Below are positions 28,172 to 38,551 of a stretch of 64,000 bases of DNA, piece by piece. Every line of letters begins with the position of its first letter. The first letter of the stretch is position 1. The position numbers and the translations under genes are program-made. The notes beneath the pieces were generated by a model. It made no database searches. It worked only from the letters and a program-made list of their open reading frames with translations, and was not told the origin of the DNA. The stretch is taken from positions 1 to 64,000 of the IMG/VR virus record IMGVR_UViG_3300042275_000095, one strand, 5' to 3'. This stretch comes from a virus (Duplodnaviria; Caudoviricetes).

Positions 28172-28613
28172 TTTTATGATAATAGGATTTATAAATGTTT
28201 AGTATGGTGTGCCCATCTTCATTACTTATTACATAATCATCGGGATTTAATCCTAGTTGAGATACTTCATTTCTCCATACATCACTAGGTATTTTACCGT
28301 TTAGTTCCACCTTAAATGTTGCAATTGAATCAACATTATCTACATCAGAGTCTACTTCAAATATTTCAATTAATTCTTTAGTTAACTCTTCATTATTTAT
28401 AGTGCTAGATTGAATATGATCTAATAAAAACTCTAATAAACAGTGAGGACTACAAAAATGAAATTGATTACTTGAATCTAAACTTAAGGCTTTTATACCA
28501 GCTCTTTTAATTTGTAATTCGCCTTTTGTAGTTTTAATTTCTATCCATCTATCATTTATTATATCACTAGATAATTTATCACATCTATCACATTTGTATA
28601 CTTCACCTTTCAT
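28164..28613 (-). CDS. Hypothetical protein with a probable Zn finger
   Basis: CDRC ... FCSPHC (TRASH/MYM-like Cys spacing). Confidence 0.7.
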   Translation of the reverse strand: MKGEVYKCDRCDKLSSDIINDRWIEIKTTKGELQIKRAGIKALSLDSSNQFHFCSPHCLLEFLLDHIQSSTINNEELTKELIEIFEVDSDVDNVDSIATFKVELNGKIPSDVWRNEVSQLGLNPDDYVISNEDGHTILNIYKSYYHKNE

Positions 28614-29008
28614 TATACATCCTCTACTGTTATTATTAATCCTTCAGGGTACATTAACTTTTCTAATATACAATTAAATGAACTATGTGCATCATAATGT
28701 ATAGGTCTATCTGTCCACTCTTTTATTGAACAACATGCATATGATCTAACTTTAACATTACTCATACTTTTAGAATCACGTACATATACATGTGGAATAA
28801 ATGAACCTAATTTACTTTTACTTTCTGTGCCATCAATTTCTCCCATTGCTTTAACAAATGGTTCTAACTCGTGGATACTTATAAAATCTAATTGGTCATC
28901 TATTGGAACAGCTATAAACTTAGTTAATGTGTTAGAATCAGTATCTAGAATTGATAAAGTTTTAAAGTCATCTATTTTATAAGTCTTTATAATATATTTA
29001 GATCGCAT
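28613..29008 (-). CDS. Hypothetical protein
   Basis: 131-aa ORF, translationally coupled to neighbours. Confidence 0.7.
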   Translation of the reverse strand: MRSKYIIKTYKIDDFKTLSILDTDSNTLTKFIAVPIDDQLDFISIHELEPFVKAMGEIDGTESKSKLGSFIPHVYVRDSKSMSNVKVRSYACCSIKEWTDRPIHYDAHSSFNCILEKLMYPEGLIITVEDV

Positions 29009-30033
29009 AATATATCGTATACATAATTAATAGCTACTTGTTTATTTGACTTATATGTATCAGATAAATCTTTCATTCCAGTATTAATAACTGTACTATT
29101 TAAACCATTTAATATAAAACGATCATTCATCATCACTCCAATATCATCGTTATCTACTATTATTAAATGATTATCATATTTAGATATCACATCTAACCAA
29201 AATTTATTAAATACTATAGTTTCAGATGATAGTGAATTAACTACAATCTTAGTATTAACTAATGTCGGTTCTACAGAACTTATATATGCTAGTATGTTAT
29301 TAAATACAGCCCTACATTTAGTTGATTTAAGTAATATTAATATATCACCTCTTACTAATAAATCAGGTCTTTCAATAGGATGTGGAAAGTTAGTTATAAA
29401 TCTTGGCAGTTTACTACTTTTATGTCTATCTATAAAATACAATTTAGAATAAAATAATGGATACAATATAATAACATAAGCTCTGTCCTTATTTGAATGT
29501 TCATATGATGTTACTTTATCCTTATTATTTATTATTGCAGAATGTAAAGGATATATCCTTTCCCGTTTCATGCATGATTCAGTAATACCATAAGGTTCCC
29601 AATATAACGTATCATATTTACTATAAGGTCTTATATTATAATCTATATCTGTAGGTTCATTATTACTATTAGAGTATTCTATTTTATGTTTAACTATTTC
29701 ATTTTTTACTGCTAGATTTATTAACCATTTACATATTAATATAAACTCTTTAGGATTATTACAATTTAAATTAGTTACTAATCCTGCTATATCTATTATA
29801 TCACCTCTATATCTAATATCTGCAAAATCATGCATACGTAATTTACCATTCTTAACATAGAATGTAACAGATGGTCGTCTTTCATTACGCATTAAATTTA
29901 AGGTAGTTCTACTTTTAACAGACAAGCATTCATTTATTTCCTCTGGTGTTATACTTGTAACCTTAGAGAATAATTCAATTTGATCAAATTGTAATACAAA
30001 GTCTAATAATCTATCTGTTGGTGATAATAGCAT
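28987..30033 (-). CDS. DNA primase (DnaG/Toprim type, crAss-like)
   Basis: RNERRPS..F...DF..RGDIID N-terminal domain, YW..YGIT, SSET and DNDDIG Toprim motifs, KDLSD. Confidence 0.8.
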   Translation of the reverse strand: MLLSPTDRLLDFVLQFDQIELFSKVTSITPEEINECLSVKSRTTLNLMRNERRPSVTFYVKNGKLRMHDFADIRYRGDIIDIAGLVTNLNCNNPKEFILICKWLINLAVKNEIVKHKIEYSNSNNEPTDIDYNIRPYSKYDTLYWEPYGITESCMKRERIYPLHSAIINNKDKVTSYEHSNKDRAYVIILYPLFYSKLYFIDRHKSSKLPRFITNFPHPIERPDLLVRGDILILLKSTKCRAVFNNILAYISSVEPTLVNTKIVVNSLSSETIVFNKFWLDVISKYDNHLIIVDNDDIGVMMNDRFILNGLNSTVINTGMKDLSDTYKSNKQVAINYVYDILCDLNIL

Positions 30034-30047
30034 TAATTAATAAATAT

Positions 30048-30080
30048 AAAAATAAGGCAGTACTAATGTACTACCTTATT
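30048..30080 (-). terminator. Intrinsic terminator
   Basis: Minus strand AATAAGGTAGTAC-ATTA-GTACTGCCTTATT-TTT. Confidence 0.7.
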
Positions 30081-30098
30081 TAATATTACACTTATAAA

Positions 30099-30932
30099 TT
30101 AAATATCCATATCATTTAACAACTTTTCAGTGTCTTGGTTAGCACTTTCAAGTTCTTTAAGAATGGCATTTTTAGATTTCTTAGGTGATAGTTCGAATCT
30201 ATCTCCAGGTCGCTTACTTACACGTTTAGGTGATTGCCATTTACCATCTTTCTGAATAGCTCTTTCAATAAAACCTTGACCTACATAAGTAGGAATAGTA
30301 AAATAATTACCATATTTATATTCAGCAACTACTTTAAGTCTCATTACAAAGAATGAATTACCATCTTTATAAATAGGTTCACCTTTGTCACCTGAACGTG
30401 CACCATTGAAACTTCCTGCTACAAATTCAAAGAACTTTGTAAAAGCTTCAACTCTTTCCTCAGGACTCATATTATCATCTACACTTGGTAGATTAAAGTA
30501 TTCATTTACTTCTTTCTTTGTCATTTTAGCAAATGATACATAATTAGGAGAGAAGGCATAGGCATCATGAATGTGCTTAATTCTAGCATACATTGCTTGA
30601 GTTAAGTCATCAACTGTTTTACTGTCAATGTTAGTATATTCAGTTTCACTGCCTTCCATAAGTTTCTTTGAATGTACACATTTCTCACGTAAAAGCAAAT
30701 AACGATCTTCTTCGTCAGTTTTAAGTTTATGATTAATAAACTCAATTTGTAACTCAGGAACTTCTAATCCTTTATACTCACCTTTCTCGTGAACTGTTTT
30801 AACTACTTCAACTCTTACTAACTTAACAAATGGAATGCCATCGTGAATTTCAGCTTTTGTTTGTTTGTCGATTAATGGTTCAATAGGCAACCTACTTTCG
30901 ACGTTCAACGTGTTGTCTAATTTAATAGCCAT
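30099..30932 (-). CDS. Putative single-stranded DNA-binding protein (crAss replication module)
   Basis: Position next to the primase; beta-rich; P.YVGQGFIE motif; acidic C-terminus. Confidence 0.5.
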   Translation of the reverse strand: MAIKLDNTLNVESRLPIEPLIDKQTKAEIHDGIPFVKLVRVEVVKTVHEKGEYKGLEVPELQIEFINHKLKTDEEDRYLLLREKCVHSKKLMEGSETEYTNIDSKTVDDLTQAMYARIKHIHDAYAFSPNYVSFAKMTKKEVNEYFNLPSVDDNMSPEERVEAFTKFFEFVAGSFNGARSGDKGEPIYKDGNSFFVMRLKVVAEYKYGNYFTIPTYVGQGFIERAIQKDGKWQSPKRVSKRPGDRFELSPKKSKNAILKELESANQDTEKLLNDMDI

Positions 30933-30966
30933 AAGTATTATGTTTTAATTAATTAATAAAAAGGTT

Positions 30967-30997
30967 AAAAAAGCCCTATTTATTACCATAGGGCTTT
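30967..30997 (-). terminator. Intrinsic terminator
   Basis: AAAGCCCTAT/ATAGGGCTTT stem with a U6 tract on the minus strand. Confidence 0.8.
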
Positions 30998-31039
30998 CAA
31001 TTAAAAAAGAAACTTTAAGTATTAGCAATAATACATTAA

Positions 31040-31651
31040 TTAATCTTCATCTTCATCTTCTGAATCAGTAGGACGTTCACGTTCTGTACGATTAACCAAT
31101 GCATAGAGTTTAACAGTGATAAGTTCACCTTCTGCATTCTTATCTACCGGTACTTCATCAATGAGTTCTCCATTAGCATCTCTGATTTCTTCTACATCGT
31201 AAGTGACAATCTTATCTGCTTTAACACTGCGTTCATTATCAGGATCAATAGTCAATAGACCAAGTTTTGCCATTTCTTCTACTGGCTTACTTACTGGATC
31301 AAAATCAAGGTCAGGATAAATACCACGAGCCCAAATTCCTGAATAACTGAATTGGTTACTATCACCAATGGTAGTTCCTTTTACTTTACCATCTTTGATA
31401 TAACCTTTAGATGTTGCAAAACGGAATCCATTTTTCTCACCTGCTTCAACTCCAAAGTCATAAAGAATAATAGTATCATCTTTATCTTTGTCAATTCCCA
31501 TAAGATTAATAGCACCGCTACTAATACTCATTTTATTTCTCATTGAAGAGAATGTAATTCTTGGTTCACCTGAACGATTAACAACAGTTTTCTGTCTTGC
31601 TGCACTTTGAGCACTTTCAGCTAGTGCATTAAAATCAACATTAAAATCCAT
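31040..31651 (-). CDS. Conserved crAss-like protein with an acidic tail (possible nucleic-acid-binding protein)
   Basis: 203 aa ending DSEDEDED; flanked by its own terminator and a long A-rich leader. Confidence 0.6.
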   Translation of the reverse strand: MDFNVDFNALAESAQSAARQKTVVNRSGEPRITFSSMRNKMSISSGAINLMGIDKDKDDTIILYDFGVEAGEKNGFRFATSKGYIKDGKVKGTTIGDSNQFSYSGIWARGIYPDLDFDPVSKPVEEMAKLGLLTIDPDNERSVKADKIVTYDVEEIRDANGELIDEVPVDKNAEGELITVKLYALVNRTERERPTDSEDEDED

Positions 31652-31729
31652 AATAAGATTTGTTTAAAATTAATAAAATAAATAAATTAGTTAAATACTT
31701 AAATGTAATTGGAGTGATTACTTATATGT

Positions 31730-32743
31730 TTAATTTATAACTTCAATAGGATTGCCATTCTCATCTAACAGTACAGTAGTACCTTCAACTTGGTCTAATT
31801 CTGCTGGTGCATACATACCAAATAATATATCAGGTGCGATAGCTCTAGCTCCATTCATGAATGCACGATGGTCAATCATTATATTAGGATACTTATTATA
31901 ATTACCAGATGGTTTTATTAACTCAGCAGCTTCAGCGTCTTTTAATGAAAATCTACTATGTATAACATCTTCATGGTTTTTACCATTTACTATACGAGTA
32001 CGTCTAAACTCATATTCAGTAACTCTAGTTATAATAACAGGTTTACCCTCCTTTAATATAGGAATTAAACCTATAATACCATTACTATTATCGTGGTTCT
32101 TTAATTCATTAGTTGTATTATATATAACATGTTTTTCAGGTAAAGGTTCATTGTATTTGAATATAACCTTTTCGTCATTTATTAATGCTAAATAGTTATA
32201 AGCAGGTTCAAAATCTTTTATTAATTTCCATGTTACATTAGAACGAGTGATTAACATAGCTTTAGCTAAGTGTACACTAATACTAATTTTAGTGCCACCT
32301 TTAGTTGGTATCATATAGATATTTTCTAATGCTGTAGTCCAACCTACATTAATCTCTCTTGACTTTTGATATAGTAATAATGCATCACCTTCTCTTGTAA
32401 TAGAATTGGTTGATGATTTTACCATAAACGTTAAATACTCTAAAGGACTAGCAAATCCTAAATCATTAGATATTGCTACCACATCTGTCATATGTCCAAT
32501 AGGTGTTAATGATTTAGGAGCTTTAATAAGTTTATTTCCTATTAAAGTGTTATGGTTAGATGTATTAATATCAGTGTTATTGATATTTGCATCTTCAAGT
32601 TTATCAAGTTTAATATCATTAACAACTTCATCATTGTCATTAGATATGTCTACATCCGTTTTCTTATCTTCTACTTTAGTAGGTTCGATAGATTTTTCAG
32701 AACTTGGGTTTTTTGATGTAGTGTTTACCTTATCTTTTTCCAT
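31730..32743 (-). CDS. Putative single-strand annealing recombinase (RecT/Bet-like)
   Basis: FSLKDAEAAEL...NYNKYPNIM..HRA....RAIAPDILFGMY..EL matches the phage annealing-protein pattern. Confidence 0.65.
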   Translation of the reverse strand: MEKDKVNTTSKNPSSEKSIEPTKVEDKKTDVDISNDNDEVVNDIKLDKLEDANINNTDINTSNHNTLIGNKLIKAPKSLTPIGHMTDVVAISNDLGFASPLEYLTFMVKSSTNSITREGDALLLYQKSREINVGWTTALENIYMIPTKGGTKISISVHLAKAMLITRSNVTWKLIKDFEPAYNYLALINDEKVIFKYNEPLPEKHVIYNTTNELKNHDNSNGIIGLIPILKEGKPVIITRVTEYEFRRTRIVNGKNHEDVIHSRFSLKDAEAAELIKPSGNYNKYPNIMIDHRAFMNGARAIAPDILFGMYAPAELDQVEGTTVLLDENGNPIEVIN

Positions 32744-32747
32744 ATTG

Positions 32748-32779
32748 TAAAAGTATTATAAAAAATTGACACTTGCAAA
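32748..32779 (-). promoter_or_regulatory. Bacteroidota housekeeping-sigma-type promoter
   Basis: Minus strand TTTG-N20-TACTTTTA, one mismatch to the TAnnTTTG -7 element, just upstream of the 32743 start. Confidence 0.55.
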
Positions 32780-32821
32780 TTTTAAGTTAAGAAATTTACA
32801 TTTATTTCACTTTTATTTACC

Positions 32822-34225
32822 TTAATCAATGACATCTGAGTTTACCAAATATGCTCGTTTACAATCCACATCTGAAAGCATTTTTATAAGATTTGAGAGA
32901 GGTTTAGGTAATATGACTTCATCATCAGCGGTCTTTATAAACGTTGGCAAAAGCCACAAATACCCTGTCAAACCTGTTAATCCAGCTTCTATTTCACTCC
33001 CATCTAAAAGTAAATCTAAATCATGCGATTGTTCAAATTTACCTATTAGCTGAGGTTCAACTATTGTCATCAATACTTTGTTTATATTAGGTGGCACATT
33101 GATTGTTTTAATAGTTTTACCACCTATATATAATTTACACTGATTATTAATGGATGCATCGTGTATAGCTCGTAATAATCTTACAGTTCCTAATTTCTTA
33201 GGATTGCCTTTTTTATCAGTTATTACATTATTTGTATTGTAATTAAACATTAATCTACTAGTTAATGTATTACCTACAGCTAATGTCATAGGATATCCAT
33301 CAAACCATTCACTATTTAATTGATTACTTATAAATTCTGCTAACTTTGTAGTATCAACTAAACATAATGTTTGTTCATCGTTATTATGATTAGCGAATTT
33401 ACTAATTTTAGTAAATAGTGAATTATTTGCATTTAACATATCATTACGATACTTTATATATGATTGTAATCTAATAGCTATATCATGTAATCTATCAGGA
33501 TGAAAGTTATCAAGTATCATTTTATTATTAATAGTGTTAGGTTGTAATTTAGGATGCCATCCTTCTTCAGTAGCTATCAATCCACAAATGTTATTATATG
33601 AAAATCGTTTACCATTGTATTCCATTCCATATATACAATATCTCATTATATCATAAGGACTTATAGGTAAATCAGTATTTCCTTCAAAGTGACGAGCTAG
33701 ACTTTTAAATAATCTATACTTTTCAATAATAAAATTATTGTATTGTACAAATCTATGTATTTCATCATTTGATAACTTATATAGTTCAACTTCAAATGTT
33801 AATTCTTCATTGTGAAATTCAGCATTTATATTTTCTAGTTTACGAGTGTTATCTATTATTAAATAACGATCAAAAATAATGTGTGCTAATTTACCAGATG
33901 TTAATACATCGTACATATAACCTGTACAATCAACAATTCCAAAATCATATCTAACATTACTTAACTTAACTGCTTCTTTTATAGTATAAATTTTAACTAT
34001 ATAATCAGGATAAGCATTAAAATATTCTAAATAAATATATTTATAATAATCATTTTCTACTATTATTAATATACTATTTGTTTTTGATTTAACAAATGTT
34101 AGAAATTCAGATACTAACTTTAATGGATTATAAGATTTATAAGTTCTTAACACCATCTTTCTATTAAATTTCATAGCCCATAATTTGACTATATCATTTG
34201 GTATAGTTTCATTACTAAGTATCAT
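32822..34225 (-). CDS. Degenerate SF2/SNF2-like helicase-fold protein
   Basis: Syntenic with the crAss SNF2-like gene near PolB. ILIIV and YDFGIVDC occupy the motif Ia/II positions, but there is no intact Walker A or DExH. Confidence 0.45.
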   Translation of the reverse strand: MILSNETIPNDIVKLWAMKFNRKMVLRTYKSYNPLKLVSEFLTFVKSKTNSILIIVENDYYKYIYLEYFNAYPDYIVKIYTIKEAVKLSNVRYDFGIVDCTGYMYDVLTSGKLAHIIFDRYLIIDNTRKLENINAEFHNEELTFEVELYKLSNDEIHRFVQYNNFIIEKYRLFKSLARHFEGNTDLPISPYDIMRYCIYGMEYNGKRFSYNNICGLIATEEGWHPKLQPNTINNKMILDNFHPDRLHDIAIRLQSYIKYRNDMLNANNSLFTKISKFANHNNDEQTLCLVDTTKLAEFISNQLNSEWFDGYPMTLAVGNTLTSRLMFNYNTNNVITDKKGNPKKLGTVRLLRAIHDASINNQCKLYIGGKTIKTINVPPNINKVLMTIVEPQLIGKFEQSHDLDLLLDGSEIEAGLTGLTGYLWLLPTFIKTADDEVILPKPLSNLIKMLSDVDCKRAYLVNSDVID

Positions 34226-34626
34226 ATTGTATTTTTTAAATTTAATCCATTTAATGCATTGGATGCTATATCAATATTAGGTTTAAACTTTTCTTTAGTA
34301 GCTTTAACTGACCGTTTACCTTTATTTGAACGATCATTGATTTTAGCTTTGTTCGCTTCCCACATTTTATATTCATCCTCTTTAGCTGGCATTAATTCTA
34401 ACCCTGTTGCAAATGTTTTAGCTCTACCATCAGTCACTTCACATATTTGATAATATAGCCCATTTCTATCAACAATTTCAACATTTGAAACTGTAAGTTC
34501 AGCAGTAGTATCTACTTTTGTAATTTGTAAACTCATACTACTAGGTGTAATGTATTTAACTTTATCACCTTTTTGATATTTAACAATTCCTATAAATTTA
34601 CTCATAGCCTTCAAATAAGTTACCAC
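34222..34626 (-). CDS. Hypothetical protein (SH3-like N-terminus, basic tail)
   Basis: KYQKGDKVKY pattern. The real start may be the internal Met (MSKFIG). Confidence 0.65.
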   Translation of the reverse strand: MVTYLKAMSKFIGIVKYQKGDKVKYITPSSMSLQITKVDTTAELTVSNVEIVDRNGLYYQICEVTDGRAKTFATGLELMPAKEDEYKMWEANKAKINDRSNKGKRSVKATKEKFKPNIDIASNALNGLNLKNTI

Positions 34627-36835
34627 TGATACCGCTTTTACTTTTAGTACCAGTTATTAGTTTATAATCTAAATGTAATGCTTTATCTAATATTTTATGT
34701 GATTCTTTAATATAGTAATTACGATGTAAATCATTAAGACTATGATTATATCGTATATCATTAACTATATTCACAAACTGTCCTTTTTTTAAATTGAAGT
34801 TTCTAATTTGACCTCTTAACTTATACTTATCATGCGTAGGATGGTAACGTTTAATTAATACCTTACCCTGTGTACTAACATAATATCTATCAGTTTTTTG
34901 TAACTTGTTTTCTTCTACTTTACCTGTACTTGGATTAACATGTAAGGTAAACAGTTCCATAACATTGCCAACCTTTTGCGAATATACAAAATTAAATGGA
35001 TTGTTATTACTATTTACAGTATCACTAATAGATATACCATTTAAAAACCAATTTTCAAGTGCTATAGGTACTATTGGCGCACTGTAACCTTTATCTAATT
35101 TAATTTCACTTTCAAAATCACCTTTTCTTTTAATCTCTCCGTTATCTTTAATTGCAATATAATGATTAACAGATGTTGCTAAATATCTAGAATAGTTTGT
35201 AAATTCAAGATCGAAATTGAATAGTTTCTCCCACTCATGACACACTTGCAAATATGCATCTCTTTTCCCCTTGGGGACTTTACAGATTATACCATCAGTA
35301 TTAGCACTTACTGTTTGAATACCTTTCAAATATAACATTTCAATTAACTTAAACAACATTAATTGACCATTAATAGTTGTTTTATACATTGCACGTAAAT
35401 CATATAACCAACCATGTTGATAGCCTAACTTACCATATATATTATTAATTGAGATTTTTAATCCTTCATTGATGAATTTATATTTTAATCTAATTTCCTT
35501 ATCTAATGTCTTATCTTTTTGTAATTTCTTAGCCTCAACCCTATCATTTAACATTACTTCCAAAGCTGCTAGAAATACATTAGGGTCTAAGTGTCTAGGA
35601 CATACAAATGAATTTAACATTATGTTAGGATAATACGATACAACATCAGCATCGGTATAATCATATTCATCAGTACTTTTTAAATACATAGGTCTATCTA
35701 CACTATGTAAACCACCTAATGCCATTTTATATTTAGTACCATTAAATATAATTTCCTTTTTAAATTTAACATGTTTAGGATGACCTTTAGAATATGCAGT
35801 TGTTCTAATTAATTCATTATATAAAGTTTTAAATGTATCAGTTTCAAATGTTATATTATCTGATATTATATCTACAAAAGGCACTGCTCTTCTAACAGTT
35901 CTAAGTTTATTAAATCGCCATACAGGTTTACCTGATATTTCAGAATACTTACTTTCTAATATCTTATCGCCTGTAGCACTTCTTGATAACGAATGAACGT
36001 TCACACCAAAAGTTTTAGATATTCCAGCTCGCATTTTAAATTCATTTCTACTTTTCTTAAAACCCATAATTGTAATTAATACATCATTTATGTTATAAGT
36101 TAAAGTATTGAATATACGACCTTCTTCTAAACCTTTTGGTGTATCTAGTCTCATACCTGGAGTATATGGTAAGTCTTGTATCCTATACCACATTAATGAA
36201 ACTGCAACCTTTTTCAAACTAATACCTAATTCATTTAATCTATTCAACTTCATTATATCTAATTGAATACCTCTAAAGGTTAAAGCTTTTTTCTCATCCC
36301 AAGTTAATATATCATTTACTATTTTATTACTTAATTCAAATAGTGCATCATTTAATGATTTATAAATATATTTATCATTACTAGGTTGTAATATATTTAA
36401 CTTAGGTATGTACCCAGTATTAGCTACTTCATCATTGGTTCTCATTAATAATCCTAACATAGGGTCATCATAACCTATGTTATTAAAACCTATTCTATAA
36501 ATAGCTCGTGTTTTTATAAACTCTTTTAAATTTACACAACCATCACCTTTACGTATTGTAAATATAACAATATTCATATTACGCATTGTTTTAATTAATG
36601 CATTAACATTATTTGTCATATCCGCTTTACAATACTTCTTAATTAATTGTTTAGATGTATCAGCAGGAATAAATGTAACAGAGAAGAAATCTTTATAATC
36701 CTCTATATCATAAGCCCATTTATTTATATCAGGAAACTTATTAGGATTAGGATTTACAAATTCTTGTAAATATAAATATGGATTATCTTCAGTTGCAGTA
36801 TAACCAATAGAAGATAAATATTTATAATCAATCAT
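34598..36835 (-). CDS. polB: Family B DNA polymerase
   Basis: Exonuclease motifs YDIE, GFNNIGYD, YNINDV; polymerase motifs DVVSYYPN, KISINNIYGKLG, NTDGI. Confidence 0.95.
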   Translation of the reverse strand: MIDYKYLSSIGYTATEDNPYLYLQEFVNPNPNKFPDINKWAYDIEDYKDFFSVTFIPADTSKQLIKKYCKADMTNNVNALIKTMRNMNIVIFTIRKGDGCVNLKEFIKTRAIYRIGFNNIGYDDPMLGLLMRTNDEVANTGYIPKLNILQPSNDKYIYKSLNDALFELSNKIVNDILTWDEKKALTFRGIQLDIMKLNRLNELGISLKKVAVSLMWYRIQDLPYTPGMRLDTPKGLEEGRIFNTLTYNINDVLITIMGFKKSRNEFKMRAGISKTFGVNVHSLSRSATGDKILESKYSEISGKPVWRFNKLRTVRRAVPFVDIISDNITFETDTFKTLYNELIRTTAYSKGHPKHVKFKKEIIFNGTKYKMALGGLHSVDRPMYLKSTDEYDYTDADVVSYYPNIMLNSFVCPRHLDPNVFLAALEVMLNDRVEAKKLQKDKTLDKEIRLKYKFINEGLKISINNIYGKLGYQHGWLYDLRAMYKTTINGQLMLFKLIEMLYLKGIQTVSANTDGIICKVPKGKRDAYLQVCHEWEKLFNFDLEFTNYSRYLATSVNHYIAIKDNGEIKRKGDFESEIKLDKGYSAPIVPIALENWFLNGISISDTVNSNNNPFNFVYSQKVGNVMELFTLHVNPSTGKVEENKLQKTDRYYVSTQGKVLIKRYHPTHDKYKLRGQIRNFNLKKGQFVNIVNDIRYNHSLNDLHRNYYIKESHKILDKALHLDYKLITGTKSKSGISGNLFEGYE
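35254..35277 (-). repeat. Dispersed 24-bp motif, copy 4 (inside polB)
   Basis: TCCC CAAG GG GAAAAGA GATGCAT, encoded with the atypical GC-ending codons GTC CCC AAG GGG. Confidence 0.8.
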
Positions 36836-37023
36836 TACAGTTTCTTTATAAATATTAATAATTTATCTATATTCGCTTTGTTTATTGTATGTTCCTCACT
36901 AACTTTCTTTTTACCTGCATATACTGCCATTTTACCACTGTCTTTTCCATGATTAAGAATAGCTCTTATTCTATAACCATTATATTCAGCTATTACATAA
37001 CCTAATTTAGTCCTCTTGTTCAT
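36835..37023 (-). CDS. Small basic hypothetical protein
   Basis: 62 aa, stop/start-coupled to polB. Confidence 0.7.
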   Translation of the reverse strand: MNKRTKLGYVIAEYNGYRIRAILNHGKDSGKMAVYAGKKKVSEEHTINKANIDKLLIFIKKL

Positions 37024-37642
37024 GTTGATATATTATTTTAATAGTTATTAATTTATCATTTTTTAGTTCACAATACTTTTCTAACGTGTACAATTTAAAT
37101 TCATTGTTTTCTTCCACAGGAATGTATATTTGTACAACATTAAAAGTATTAACAATAAATCCTAAATCTACATGATTAGTAGATTCGTTTGAATTTTGTG
37201 TATAAATAACAAATGGTAACAGTTCATTACCACTTAATAGTAATGTTTTACATATTGATTCAATACCTTTAGTTATTAAATCAATATTAGTAAAATTATT
37301 AACATTTGTATATTTATTTGTAAAATCTATGAAATTAAATACATTTATAAATGATATATTAAATGCGTTTGAAAACTGAGATTCTAAATGATACATTGTA
37401 TCAAATGCATTAAGAATGTACTCTTCAAATGATACAATGCTACTAAATTTATTTAATATATCAAATTTAAATACATAACCTAACTTAAAAATTAAATCAT
37501 GTCTACATGTTAATTTATCATGATTTTTTATTAAATATTTAAGATTACTATAAGAATCAAATAACTTTTTTATAGTATCGTATGTTATATTTAATTTATT
37601 AGCATCATAATTACTAATAGTTATATATTTTATTTGTCCCAT
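37007..37642 (-). CDS. Hypothetical protein
   Basis: 211-aa ORF, overlapping both neighbours by a few bases. Confidence 0.7.
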   Translation of the reverse strand: MGQIKYITISNYDANKLNITYDTIKKLFDSYSNLKYLIKNHDKLTCRHDLIFKLGYVFKFDILNKFSSIVSFEEYILNAFDTMYHLESQFSNAFNISFINVFNFIDFTNKYTNVNNFTNIDLITKGIESICKTLLLSGNELLPFVIYTQNSNESTNHVDLGFIVNTFNVVQIYIPVEENNEFKLYTLEKYCELKNDKLITIKIIYQHEQED

Positions 37643-37980
37643 ATTGTACCTTGTAAATTGTAATTATTGACTAATCTTTCTATATCAGAACTGTCAGTTA
37701 TAGCAAACATTGTACTATCTAATAACCAAGCTTCTTCTTGTGTTAAACTAGGTTTCATCATAAATGTATTATATAATATATAACCTGCTACACGTTCTTT
37801 TTTATATGTAAATAATTCATAGTTTAATGAATCTATAATAGCTGGGTATTCATTATCACATTTATTTTTTAATTCTACAACTCTTGTTGATAACACTCTA
37901 ATATTAACTGTTAATACTACTATACATATACATAATATACCTATAGCTATATTTCGTTTATCATTTGTTAATCGTACCAT
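37630..37980 (-). CDS. Membrane-anchored hypothetical protein
   Basis: Probable start at ATG 37980 (MVRLT), which avoids a long overlap with UDG; TM helix IAIGILCICIVVLTVNI. Confidence 0.65.
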   Translation of the reverse strand: MVRLTNDKRNIAIGILCICIVVLTVNIRVLSTRVVELKNKCDNEYPAIIDSLNYELFTYKKERVAGYILYNTFMMKPSLTQEEAWLLDSTMFAITDSSDIERLVNNYNLQGTIWDK

Positions 37981-38548
37981 TGTATTTAGGATTAAATTGA
38001 TATTCAGGTACAACCTTACTAAATAATTTATATAATAATTTCCAATGCTCATTATATATAGTTATAAATTCTTTATTTATACCTATATATGAAGGATGAT
38101 ACATTGGCATTATTATCATATTTTTATATCTAAAAGGTTTACCTGCTAATTTCTTCACTTGATTAGAATAACCAGTGATTGTAGATATTGCAGTATTACC
38201 AAATAATACTAATATCTTTGGTTTTACAACATTAATCTCTCGTATTAAATACTCTTTACAATTATTTATTTCATTACTGTTAGGTTCTCTATTACGTGGA
38301 GTTTTACATTTTATTATATTAGTTAAATATAAATGTTCTTTTTCCCATCCATATAAATTAATATAATAATCTAATAGTTGTCCTGACTTACCTACAAATG
38401 GCTCTCCTAATTTATCTTCTTTATAACCAGGTGCTTCTCCTATGAACATCATATCAGCATTAATTGATCCTTTTCCATCAACTACTTGAGTTCTTGATAT
38501 ACATAAGTCACATCTAATACAAATTTTAATATTAGGATTTATGCTCAT
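37961..38548 (-). CDS. Uracil-DNA glycosylase, family 4 (Fe-S)
   Basis: CIRCDLC, IGEAPG, PFVGKSG, TNIIKC..P.NREP, YHPSY. Confidence 0.92.
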   Translation of the reverse strand: MSINPNIKICIRCDLCISRTQVVDGKGSINADMMFIGEAPGYKEDKLGEPFVGKSGQLLDYYINLYGWEKEHLYLTNIIKCKTPRNREPNSNEINNCKEYLIREINVVKPKILVLFGNTAISTITGYSNQVKKLAGKPFRYKNMIIMPMYHPSYIGINKEFITIYNEHWKLLYKLFSKVVPEYQFNPKYNGTINK

Positions 38549-38551
38549 AGT

